A DNA stretch of 64,000 nt, from positions 5,144,849-5,208,848 of the forward strand of contig CM082583.2 in the NCBI GenBank assembly GCA_040954595.2, read 5' to 3'. The position numbers were made by a program, and so were the translations under genes. This document shows, piece after piece, positions 1 to 12,750 of this stretch; the first letter of the stretch is position 1; every line of letters starts with the position of its first letter. Below the pieces are notes generated by a model, which did no database searches, was not told where the DNA came from, and saw only the letters and a list, made by a program, of their open reading frames with translations. Source of the DNA: Balanoglossus misakiensis (lineage: Eukaryota > Animalia > Hemichordata).

Positions 1-2170
1 TGTGGGGGCGCACTTCGGCGCTTAGTCAAGCAGCAATCGCAGCCAACCCACCGTTTTGAAAAAAAAATAGCAGACGCCGCATATCTTGTGTACACATTTC
101 TGTGGCGTATCGGATAAAATCGACGTTAATGTAACCAATAAATATTGATAAATGTCCATTCACAATTCCATAAACGTTGCGTCATTTTAGAACACATTGC
201 GAACAAATGAAATATCATTTAGCCTGTACATCACACAAAACAATCAACTTATAAAAAATAATCTGCATTTGCATTGGAAGACGTCATTGCTTTAAATTTC
301 CATCTTCAAGAATACTATGCGCTGAGGAAAACATGGATACCGGGTTGTGAATATTAGTGTTTTTTAAATTGCTGTTTTCCCAGGGGAATCGATATATTCT
401 GACGGTCGCAGATTTATTTATTTTAGACCAAGAAATGGTAGTTTCTCTCTCCACTCGGCAGCGACTGAACTCGTAACCTTGAAGGAACATCGAAAACCAC
501 AGTTTGGCTCGCTGAACACGTGTATTTGAAATCGATTGAGGAGCGCAAGGGGGGGTCGTGGGTATTGCAGCCCCTAAAATCGATGCTAATTCTCCTGGAA
601 TGGCCGTCACAGGCATAAGACAAAGGAGGTGCGAGTCATGATCTGAATACAATTGGACGCCTCGCAGATGACAACGCTCGGAAAAATTGGTTCTCGTAAT
701 AGCCTACAAACGATCCCGGATGAGATCCCGTCGCTTGTCGCCATTTTTATCCCCCCTTTTTTTCTCCTGGACGTCTTGCTCGGAGCGCGAATGCACGACG
801 GCGCGATCAGTTTCGTCGGCCTTTGACTCTTTGCCAGTCATGCTGGCTAGACTAGAAAGGGCCATGAGTTGGACGATTTCGCCGCGCGGAGACAAAATCC
901 GCGCGACGGGCACGCACACACTGGGTGCCAATCGACCGATGAACATTTCGACGTGTAAGGATTCTTGGTTTCAAAAACCGAACGAAAATGAGCCACTGAA
1001 AAATGTTTTGGTGATTCAGTGAATGAAATAAGAATTTCGATCCACTAATGTTGGACACATCCACGAACGATATTTAGTGGACAGTTGTAAGGCTTGTACG
1101 TAAACCAATCAAAATTATATTACGAGTCCAGCCTGTGTCTTTCCGTATTTCGTATGACTGGGACTAGTGGTGCCAGTGTTTGGTTTTTTCGCCCGGGGAA
1201 TCTGTAGACACAGCCCTAATGTAGTCTCCCGTAAATTATTCACCTTCTCGGATTTCTGTACCGAGTCTGTTTCATACAGTTTTTTTTCCTCGCCGAAGGA
1301 GAAATAATACACGACATCGGTGACTTCGACGAGAAATAGTGCATTGTTCAGCGGCGGACCCCCGAAATCGGTGTCACCCGATCGCCATGGAGACCGGCGT
1401 GAGTGCAAAATCAGAAATAAGTAAAAGTGAACAGTGTCGTGCAGCGAGGGTATATTATATATGGTAAATTTCACACAGTGTCGTGGTGTCAGGCAGGATA
1501 ATTGACAATCCCAAACTGGCACAGTTTCAAACAAAACTGACGTCGATTATTAAACGAAAGATGAGTAGCGAAATATATTTGCCAGAGTTGAGGCTTTCGT
1601 TGGTACCACGACAAATGGACGCAGCGAAACGCTGAGATTTCTCGGTGGTTTTCGTAACGGGCGCACATGTCGAACGCACTGAGAAAATCTTAATTTCTCG
1701 ACACAGCGTCTGACGTCGACTCCACCGTCGCCATGATGCCCAACTTTGGTCTACCATACGTCATGTGAGTGACGCTTCGTCTTTGCTAATTGCTAACCGC
1801 AGCCCTGGGCGACATTTCGTTTGAAAGGCAAGACAGGCAGACACCGTGGTAGTGAAAGACCGCGTTACCACCGATGTCATTTAGAGCGTTCTGTAAAGCC
1901 CTAGGAAAAGCATCGCCGCTGATAATGGCGAGAGTGAGAGAAGAAAATGAATTTTCGATGAAGTGCGTAACAATCTTTGCTGGAAAGTACATGTTTTCTA
2001 TGTTATGTTGATGTTCGATAGTGTCACCGTGTACGCTCGCTGTGGCTGATTTTTGTTGGCCGGGAGAATACGAACTATAAGCACAGTGCAAATGGTACGC
2101 TGCAGCATGGCAGACGTGACAGACGTGCACAAGACAAAGGCGAACCCTGAATCAAAAAGCTATGGCTTAA

Positions 2171-2238
2171 ATATATATAATATATATATATATATATAAA
2201 GCATATATATATGTAAAAAAAGCATATATATATATATG
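2171..2238. repeat. (AT)n microsatellite with internal duplication of AAAGCATATATATAT
   Basis: Direct reading: interrupted TA run with two AAAGCATATATATAT units. Confidence 0.9.
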
Positions 2239-3883
2239 GGAAAAACGGGGTAATATGCTTTTTGCTATAGAAAGAGGAAATCGTGAAGAGATACACATAA
2301 ATAAAGAAACCCTGGGGAAAGTAACTCTGTCGACACGGAGCTTTTGAAAAGATGAAATCGGTAAACAAGACGGTGAAGCAAACAATAGGCATGATATTGA
2401 CGTCTGCGCCGTGCCTGTGACATCCACAATGGGAAGTGGGCAGACCGCATTACATCCTAATGGAGTGAACAAGGCGAGAAAAACAACCACGTGAAAGCAA
2501 CCACGACGGGCGGTCTGCGGCCCGTTCAGTGCCACCGCGGTGCACGGGGGCATTCTTTCAGAGCGGCCGTTTCGCAACGCTGAGAGTTCGGAATCCCAGC
2601 CGTGGTGTTGGCGGCGGGGTGCGGTGACCCGAGACGGTGTCGGTCGCGCCCAGGTTGTGTTGCCCCGAATGCGCGGCCGGGCTGGCAACAAAAAATGCCA
2701 CGGAAAATGGACAACGAAATGAACGACTCACGAAGAGAAAACCTGCGCGCCGAATTCCACATTCACTACCTGTCTGCGCCCGAGTGCGTCCCTCCCCTTG
2801 TCAGATTCAGACGCCAACAATCATATGACTTATCACATGTGACACAATATTCTAGGTTTGACAAGAATCGATATCAGCTTCCTTAGCACAAATGCGTTAA
2901 GTCTGTATATTAAATCGCGCCATTATCGAACATTTCCTTTCCAAAATATCTAAAATAATTATATTTAATAGAAAAAAATAAATAAAATGTTCACACCGAA
3001 ACAAGTACAAATATTTACTTTGTGGCAGACGGTTGTGATCATGTTTCAGCTTATATAAACACCTTTATCATTAAGCCCTGTGCCTGAAACAGTGACGTCA
3101 CAAAACGCTGGGGAAAAGAAGGTGTCGGGATCTAAGAATATCATGGATGAATATATCATGGAGTTTCGAGAGACAATGCTGACAATCGACAATTCACGTA
3201 TTTATTAATTTATTTATTTATTTCATATTTTTAATTATTGTGAATTACGATGTGTTATGAACAAAATAAATAATCCATGCAATCCACAAAGTACAGAAAT
3301 GAGAACGACATCTCATCTCCAACGTATTTCAAGTCATCCTGGTTAGCGACAGACGGTGGAGTTTAAATCACCACACGGTTGCGAGGACAAGCGGATTCAA
3401 GCTCCGGTTCGACAGTACACTGTGATGTATGTATGGCTAGAAACAAAATAAAGCTGAGATGACGGGCCGGAGTTGCTTTCAAATTTGGCATGAGTTAATT
3501 TGAATAAGGCGTTCTGAATATGTTAATAGATATTCCTCTTGCGAAACGGAAATGAGGGAGGTCAGCCCAGGACATGACGCAATTTACCCAGTTACGACGC
3601 GCGCCCCAACTCGTGACATACGAACACGCTGCGGTGACTATGGGTGAATCAAGACCTTTGTGTTTCAGCACGAGTGATTATGGAGGTTTGAGCTGTTGGC
3701 CTTTTGTTTGGAGATAATTGTAAAAACCAATAATTAATTTCTGAAGCTTTAAACTACCCATGTGAAAAAAAGTATATGTTGAAACTGCGTTGCAGTTCAG
3801 ACTGTAAGATGTGCAGCGTTAAATTTATGACGTTCAGTATTAGCGTTATTTGAACATTTTTTGGAAACAGTGACTTTTAGGAG

Positions 3884-3901
3884 ACACACACACATGCACG
3901 T

Positions 3902-3932
<31 letters not shown>

Positions 3933-4110
3933 TACACACATACATACATACATACATACATACATACATACATACATACATACATACATACATACATACA
4001 TACATACATACATACATACATACATACATACATACATACATACATACATACATACATACATACATACATACATACATACATACAGACAGACAGACAGACA
4101 GACATACAGA
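3884..4110. repeat. Compound microsatellite (CA)n-(TACA)n-(GACA)n
   Basis: Direct reading; source of the spurious MYVC/YIHT ORFs. Confidence 0.98.
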
Positions 4111-5937
4111 TGGGCACGGACAATTCATTTTTCTTTCCCTATTTCACTTCAGAAAGCAAGTCCATAAAATCACAGACTTCTCCGAATAACTTAGAGACCT
4201 TTGTTCAAACTTTGGCCCAGTCTATCAGACAATAGGCTTCGCAAGCATACGGAATCCTACATCTAAATGAAAATAGCCTCTGAAATATTTAGATTGAACA
4301 GAATTGAGTTTTTCCCAAGCTAAATGAACGCACACGAATCAATTTTCAATCAATCTTCCAGGGCCGTCAACGCGCAGTCTCAATTTCATTTTGGACGCGT
4401 TTTTTTTCCGCGAATTGTTCGTACGAGAAATTTAATCTGCAATTTCAGGACAATAAAATCCAACCAGTTATAACTTATTTGTCTCGATTTTTGTATATTT
4501 TATACCTCGTGATTGACGAGAAACCATATTTCCAGTTTTTTTTATATCGTGTCGTTCAAGACATGTTGTATCCGAAAGAAAATATGTTTGTGTATCCAGG
4601 CGGAACCGTGCGTTAGTTTTTCTCTTTCTTTTCACTGAATGAATTGACGTATAGCTTTCTTCAAAAAATATAATTCAAATGTGCGTGATTCAGTGCCCAA
4701 CACCAGACGAGGGAATCGAATGATTGAAAGTTTTTATATTTGGATTGCTGGCTTTGGAGTAATTTGTGGTCGGCTTTTGTGCGAAATCTCTGCTCGCAAT
4801 GCAATAGGCAAAGCAAGTGTTCGCGCCTTGAGTACCCACGCGCGGCTATTACAACTTATGATACAAAAACATATTACAGCGTGTTGTGAAATTGGCGGCT
4901 TGATACCGATCGGCGATGTGTTGACTCGCGCTCGAATAGGAATCACCTTTATCTAGCTACAAAGTGGGAGGCGTTCTTCCTCTCCCCCCCCCGCCAAAAA
5001 ACAGGCTTATTTCGAACACTTCTATCTGAGGGTGGGAATTTTACGTCGCGTTTAGTTTTTTTGTGGGGGGTTGAATGATGTATTAGTGGGACTGTTGACG
5101 GTAATACTTGAGTTCTTGCGGTACTGTTGTGTGCGAGAGAGGAAAAAAATCCCGAGACTGGAGTGGAACTTGAGTTCCGAGAGTTCGGTACCTTTGTGGT
5201 CTGTTTGACGTGTGGAGAACCGATGCAGGTAGACGTGGTCAAGTGTGATATGTTTTGGATCAGCGCTGAAGAGCAGTGACTAACTGGCGGTGGCTGGTAG
5301 CTGGGAGACAACATGCGTGTTGCTCAGGAATTCGGCGTCTCTTCATTGTGGTGAAGCGCAAAAAAAAAAATCACGCAATATACAGAATATTTATGTAAGT
5401 GAGAAACTGTCCCTCTTGTGTGGCGGTTTAGGTCGGAAAGTCCACAAACTTCCCGCAGACCCACACCAAGACTGAGCCCACGTCGGGTCACGGCCAGATT
5501 GAATCACCGACGCAGACAGTACACACCCGTAGAATAAAAAAAATCGATGAAAACAGTGCAGATTCATCGAGGTTATATTTAGCGTAAAAATTAAACGCAG
5601 TGCTTCTGAACCCATTTGGTGTAATATGTATCACCAATCTGGCCGCCCTTGTCACGGCGGTGTCGACCTTAAGACCAGCGCTCAGTGGACCAGACAAAGG
5701 CGCGCATTCGGCGCACGGTGCACAGTGTGTCACACAAAGGCCCTCAGCGATTGCCTCCTTTCTCATGTAATACCCACAAAGGAGAGTTTTCACCACCACT
5801 ACAGTGGTTTGCATTCTCTATGAGATAATCGCCACTGTGTAGCCGTCTCGCAGGCCAGAATGGAGCTTTCAATGCACACACAGTTAAGCCCCTTCACGCA
5901 TTGTGGCGACCCCCCCCCCTCCCCTAAAATTCACCCC

Positions 5938-6225
5938 TTGTGTTTGTTGGTTGGTTATTCCGCTCACGAATTCCTCACCTCGCCTCACCCCAGTTAAAGG
6001 CGGTACGGCGGTCGGTATTATTCGTAATTACTCGACCGCAAAAAAAGAAGCAAGAAGACAAAGGTTGGAACCGGGGTCTCTGAAAAGTGCGAGGAAACGA
6101 CACCGTTGCAGACATCTGTTCTTCGCTTCTGTCACCTATAAATTCGGCGATATTAAAATATTCACTTGCGGTTGCCTAAACTGGTGTCAAAACCACGTGA
6201 CAAATGATGTGGTCTAGACTAATGT
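5938..6225 (+). repeat. Dispersed repeat family A, copy 1 (non-autonomous element, class unknown)
   Basis: Aligns by eye with 27424-27620 (+) and 55934-56224 (-): TTATTCC-CTCACG-A-TCC...ATTATTCGTAATTACTCGACCGC...AGACAAAGGTTGG-ACCG-GGTCTC-GA-AAGTG-GAGGAAA. Confidence 0.85.
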
Positions 6226-7222
6226 GCGGTTTTCCAACGCTCTAACCAGATATTATTAATGGAAAATAATGACATTTATCGCGGCGTGTTTTAGATAGGC
6301 ACCGTGCGATTTTTTTTCAGTCTGTACCGGAGTCCCTGAAAATGTCTTTCAAAAATAACAAGGGGGCATATTCGCACGCTGTACGTTATATTAACAGACT
6401 GGAAGGTTTTTTTTTAGAATTTCTTTGTTACGACAGGAGGTATTACTCAAGAAAACACACCGTCGCCTGTCTGGTTCTACCAGCCATGCTTTCTCTGTCA
6501 ACTTTTGCTACATTGGAAGTCGGAAATGTTTTGAGAGTGAAAGCTGGCTAAATATGAGGTAAGATGAATACATAAAGGCAATATCGTCAATTTACATTAG
6601 GCTATAATCTATGTTGAAAAAAACTGAAATTAAAAGCGACGACAAGGCGAAGGAAAAATATATATGTATACCATCAGCCAGTCTAATCAAATCGTACATG
6701 TACGTTGTTGTGGGGGCGCTGTTCTTTCCCTTACATGCTGTTTGTTCTTATTGTTCGCCAGAAAACGCGCGCTAGAGAATTTCACCTGTAATAAAATCAG
6801 GATTTTTACAAATGTCCTCTTGCGTGTTTACAAAAAAAATCATTCTGTCGTCTCGTCTGCACTGCGAGTTACCACAGTGAATTGATCTTGTGGTGATTTG
6901 AGGAAACCAGACATTCCCGCGAATTTTTGGACGACTCAAAATGTCGGCTGACGATGAGCACTTGCTCTCGGTAAACTTCGTAACAAAAGAAATATTCAGC
7001 TACATTTTTAAACAGTTACATTTTTCGGGGCCTTTTGCTCCGGTGTTGTTCTGTGTAGGTGAAGGCCAATGCGCACTCTCCTTCTGCCAGCGCTGCAAAT
7101 AAGAGGTCGATGAGCTATATGCAAAGTATATGTAAATGAAAAGTTCATCAAAACACAAGTCTGTAGTGAAGAACGGAAAGCCAGATAATCATTGGTATTC
7201 AAAGTCCATCGTATTTTTCCCG

Positions 7223-7320
7223 GGAGTACAATTCACAATTTTTGGGTCACCACGTTCTGAATAGTTTAGGGTTAAGTTGCTGTCACCTGACGGGCAACAG
7301 ACAAGGACGAACAGCATATT
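7223..7320 (+). repeat. Dispersed repeat family B, copy 1
   Basis: Shares GGAG--CAATTCACAATTTT-GGGTCAC-ACGT and downstream GGTTAA..TCACCT..AGACAA with 28755-28848. Confidence 0.7.
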
Positions 7321-9458
7321 GTTAATTGTACTTTTCCTTTCGAATAAGCCTTTCGGTCTTGAATTTTCCCGTCGTAGTGGAGTCGCCGAGTCACTGGCGC
7401 AGAATTATCTAGGGTTACCAGATTTGAGGACGCAAATTTTCAGGATTTGACGAATATTTTTCATTGACGTTTCCTTTCGAAAATGACATTCAGAAATATT
7501 AAAACCAGGTTTGCTTCAGGAATGCACACGTAAACGACAATGTGATCGAAATCGATGGTTTTGGGGATCGGAGCCTTTGTCGTCCTGTTTATGACGCATG
7601 CGCATTGGCATCTTTGGAACCAGGAAACCAAGTCTTTGCCTGGCGCTTACACGGCCAACAACAATCCCCATCGTTTGAGTTGTAAAGAGATTGAATCTAT
7701 TCTACGCATATTGTATATTAGCCGGTGATCGATGTGGCAATATTGTCTCGGAGTTATGTCTAGAAACCAACAAACAACTCAAATAATACATATCGCAAGA
7801 GACCGCAAAGTCAGTATCTGATTTTAATGTCTTATTTTTTTGTTTCACACGGCTCACGCAAAACTGGGGCCAAAAGTGGTCAGATCACGTACACTGAAAT
7901 CTGCATCGTATGTTTTCCCAACCCATGTTTTACTCAAAACGAAAAATGAACGCCATCCTTGCCATCCTAGCGAATTTTCGTTCCCATTCGCTGATAGAGA
8001 AGATTCAGATCATATCACAGGCGCTCCATTGTCACTAAGTCTTGACAACGAACGCGCCTGAATACGGCGGTTCCTAGAAACGACGACGCAGATTTTCACG
8101 CAGAAAGAAAAAAAAACATTATGTCGAATATTGCCACGCGCTTTAATAATACGCGGCGCTCTCTGTCCGCCCCTCTGCCCCTCAGTACAAGAACTAATCT
8201 GAAAAAAGCGCTCACCCATTCCTGTCACGTACTGAATAAATGGTCGTTGCGGTGAAATTCATTAGAAATTGAATTCACACGTCGCCTCCCTCCCCACGTG
8301 GGCCAACCCTTGAACTTTCACGGGTCGAAGGTTTCTGTGTTGTTGAAAATAGCCCGGGGCCAGCACCGCCCCAATGTGCGCACACATCATGATTTTATTG
8401 GTTGCAGGAAGACGGGGATGTGACAACGCGAATCGGTCTTTGTTCACTTACGCAATCCATTTTTATAAACCGCCGTATATTGTAAACATTGTGTAAAAAT
8501 CAATGCTCGGCTCGCATCCGTCATCCTCAGACTCTGCCAGCCTTCCCCCCGTCCCCTTTATTGGCTCGTAACGCGACAGTAAATCAAAGTAGCACCCCGA
8601 GGAAGCAACTTTAACGAGGATGAACTTTCCAAAGTTTTTTTTTTCTTAGTCAGTTGATTTTCCCCAATTAATATTTTAGAGTGTGTAGTTTCGGTGGAGA
8701 CGAATAACTTTTGCTGCTGCACAACACGAGGACAAAAGCCCGCCAAGCGGCTGATTGATTTTTACCTGAAGATATTTGCACTGCGGTTCCCTCGCACAAA
8801 ATAAATAATTCTGTGTTTACTTTATTTTTGTAAAAAATTGATGTGAATTTATGGGTGAAAATGTAGATTTCAAAAAAAAAAAAAAGAAATCGCCACGAAA
8901 AACATGCCCCGTTTTAAATTCTGCTCATGCATATACAAATGTACATTGTATTAATCCAGCTGATCAATATTTTGACAGAAACCAGGTGAGTTCATCCGCA
9001 GACTTCAAACCTTTGTTGTGTTTTTTAACCTCTGAACGTGGACAAGCACATGACGTCGCAGTTGCTCGACGAAAAGGGGGGTTGTCACAATGCCATTAAC
9101 CGACTCTGCACAGAACGATTGCCACAGGGTTAAAAGCTGTCGTATTTCTCGTCGTCAGTCAGTTATGCGCAATCGATGAACGACGTCAGCACGGCGTAGG
9201 GTCATGCCAGCAGATTTAGACTCGGGGTCAAATCGTAACCGCGGTCGTGCGATAACGCAGACGAGAGCGAAGGGGAGTCGCCTCCCTACTGGGCACCCAT
9301 CTCTCATTAACTTCTCTTATATTTAATTCAGAATTACCAAACAGGGCCGCTGAATTAGGAAAATGGAGGGAGAAGAAATGTTTCATTAATTGAGCGAGCG
9401 AGCTTCTCGATATGTGGTTCGTTTTTTTCTATGCCAACAGATTTGACCGTGCGCATTA

Positions 9459-9517
9459 CGCACGTGCGGGAAGTCGTCATCCTTCAGAACCTTGCGGTGA
9501 CCTGTGACCTTTGACAC
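9459..9517. promoter_or_regulatory. Candidate cis-regulatory module: E-box palindrome, ETS core and nuclear-receptor DR1 array
   Basis: CGCACGTGCG (9459-9468), GGAAGT, then TGACCT-G-TGACCT-T-TGACAC (9498-9517). Motif match only. Confidence 0.4.
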
Positions 9518-11572
9518 TCCAGCCTGATCTCTATTTTTCTTTTACACGCTGAGATACAACAGGAAGACGATGACAGGGGATGGTTAGGGCAATCATACAG
9601 TTCCATTGGCTGGCTTCGTGTTTGTACTGACGCTGATTGGTTGCTTACCATCTGACAGAAAGACAGCTTCATTTTCGATGAAACTCATTTCCATTGATGG
9701 TACATTTTTTTGCTTTCATCGTCCAAGCCATTTCACTACTTCTTTGCACGTATATACACAATTCGGTATGTTCTGTACGATTTACCGACACGCGCCCCTC
9801 TTTCAAAGATGTCGGCCGTGTTGAGTCGTGAACCGGAAAAATGTATTCCAATAAAACATCTGACATTTTTTTTGGTGCGTCGCTTGAATTTACAAATCAA
9901 TCTATTACAGTTTTTAAACCCCAAATTCCCGAACGCTTGTTGTAAAAGTGAAATTTACGCTTGGTAAAATTTCTGAATTGTTCAACACTGAGGCGTCCAC
10001 ATGCCGTCGGTGCGTGGTCTGAAATAATAATATCGCACGGTTGTCGTGTTGGAATCATATGAAACGAGGATGACAGACCTGGCGGGGTCACGTGACACTG
10101 GTATTACTGATGTTACTCACGTAAAAGAGAGATAAAAAGAAATAAGAAATATCGAAGCGTGTGCTTGAGACTATGGCTAAACAAGCACACCCGTCGTCGA
10201 CGGACGTGCAGTCTAATCGGCGAAGACACACTCGAGTGTACATCAACGATGACTTCACACGCGTTGAAGTCGACTCCGGGTGGAAAAAAACTCTTTTGAA
10301 GGCACGACACTGTCGAACGCGGTTTCCCGCCTTCACTGGTTCGGGTCATCAATCTGCCGTTATGGGACGCTAATGGCGGGAATCTTCTATGGAAATGATG
10401 TGTGGGGAGCTAAACCGAACTAGTTTGTGGGATACCTGGACGAGTTTTTTTCCCTTCTGTTCCCGTTTTTATGATGAAAAACACGAGCAATCACGACTCA
10501 AGGGATAAGAGTACACGTCACCCGAAAATACAGCTCACTTGTTCTTCCTTGACGCGAACTTGTGGCACCGAGGGACTTTGGGGCGATTGTAAAGTCGTGC
10601 GGAGTAATTAGCGATACACCTGCGGTGAAGATTACTGATGAATGTTTCTCTTGATGAAATCTCTGTGTATTTCCCTCCCGCAACAACGTCCACACAGTTT
10701 GTCAATTTCGGTGGCATTTACCAGTGAGTTTATTTGGAGACTCAGGCGACTTTTCCTTTTGATCACGAACGATCAAAGGTAAAAAAAAACACCCGAAACA
10801 TCAGCTAAGATCGATTAGTTTTCTTTTTACCGCAGCTAGCTGAGCGCGCAGGTGATGTCGATAAAGGGAACGCTTTGATTTGAAAGTGGAATCGTGCAGT
10901 GGACGGAAAGTCGGCGGCGCATTCATTTGGCGATCGCGCTCATCGTGATGGCCCCACCTCTCAACCCGTCGCATCGTAACCTGATAGTTCGAACCGCGCA
11001 TAGAGCGCTTATTCAGACGACCAGAAATAATAGCGAACACTAATTTAAGAGAGCCCGTGTGTACTTGGAGTTCAACGGTTAATCCAGATACGTCGTCGTC
11101 TGTACGTGGTTAGTGAGTCTTGCTCCGGCCTAACCTTCACACTGAAGCAACTATATATACGAACATGTACTTTACTGTAATCACGCGTGTGGCACGGCTA
11201 CATGTAGGCAGAACCGCGATTGCGTGAAGTGATTTTGCGCTGTCTTGCTCACGCTGCCGTTAATTTCGGGGGAGGACCCCTCCCGAGTGGCCGCGGTGAA
11301 AGATCTGAGACTTTGCGGATGAAAATATCGATTTTCAAACAATGCTTTTATTGAATGTGTGTTCCTATCAGTCGCTGTGTGATCACAGTGCCGTGAAGGA
11401 AGCAATTGTCCCACCGCGCAGCAGGAAATCTCAGAAATCGTGAATTCCAAACGGAAAATCCTACAGTTTACGCCACAATAAAAAAAGAGCCTTTATCGGC
11501 ACATTTGATTTTTGCCGTGAAAAATTTCGGTTCTGTGGCGGCGCGGGCATGGCAGCGCGCTTTCCGAGCCGC

Positions 11573-11586
11573 GTTGCCATGGAAAC
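11573..11586. promoter_or_regulatory. RFX X-box motif
   Basis: GTTGCCATGGAAAC, a canonical X-box sequence, in GC-rich context. Function untested. Confidence 0.4.
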
Positions 11587-12517
11587 GGACTTTTCAGCTT
11601 GCTCGATGCAAGTTTACCAAGGCGTCACCGCTATCTGGTGTATGTACCTGAGAAGCGATCACACTGTCAAGTTCCATAGTATGATAACAAACCCCCGACC
11701 TTTCTTTTCTTTCTCGGATTTTATTTTTTAAACATCGCAGGAATAAAGCGAATCACAATAAGTGACAGGAATCCGCACATTCGATAGCGTCGGCTCCTGT
11801 TTCGTTGATAGTGACGTCATTGCACCATCCACGGTGAACGAGAAGCGTCAATTGGCGATCATGGTTTATTTTTTCCCTGTATCGGCTCAGCTATACATGT
11901 TGAAATTTTAATAAATTATTTCATTCTAGGTTTCCACCCGTGTTACTACCAAGGCCGTAATCTGATCAATTTTTATCAGAAGGCGAGAGTGCTTTCCTTA
12001 ATAATCTGTTCCAATGCGGCGCACCTCCAATCCTTATGATGAAAGAAAAAAAGAAAACACTGACTATATTATTTTGCTACCGTAGGCTCAGCATAATTAT
12101 GGTGCTATCTGTTTGCTGATGATTTTTTTTGCATTTACTGTTTTCCATTTGTGTCACATGTCAAGAAGAAGCGTTATGTGTGTGTGTGTCTGAGTGTGTG
12201 TCTGTGCGTACGTGCGTGTGTGTGCGCGCACTGAGGACACACAGACAATAACAAGCAACGAAAGGTTAGATTAAACGCAGCCGATCCGTTTTTAAATTTT
12301 TGATATGAAAAGTCAAAGAACATTACTTCTTTAATGTGGTTTGATTGTTTTTGTGCATTAGTGTGGTTTCCGATGTGCATGCGATCAAACGTTGTTATCC
12401 TGGGCGCTCGAGGGAATGTAAGCTTATCGGTATTGCATTATAGAATTTCCTCATTAAGATGAATCCATATTTTCTCGTACATCATCTGGAGAATATGTCG
12501 AATTTGAAAACCTTTTG

Positions 12518-12750
<233 letters not shown>

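Noticed and set aside
1786-2691. Overlapping minus-strand ORFs (114, 105, 174 aa) and an acceptor-like site near 2147
   Set aside because: Two of the ORFs run through the (AT)n repeat and none shows a recognisable domain; cannot support as coding.
3797-4235. ORFs of MYVC/YIHT repeats
   Set aside because: Translations of the microsatellite; the same applies to 12459-12932, 31226-31555, 37276-37626 and 47792-48115.
9650-9695. Possible minus-strand first coding exon MEMSFIENEAVFLSD|gtaagc
   Set aside because: Good donor but too short, no homology and no downstream partner exon identified.
12321-12432. miR-1-like fragments (GGAATGTAAAG near 12413; CATTACTTCTTTA at 12321)
   Set aside because: 3' half of mature miR-1 is absent and the pieces are too far apart to form a pre-miRNA.
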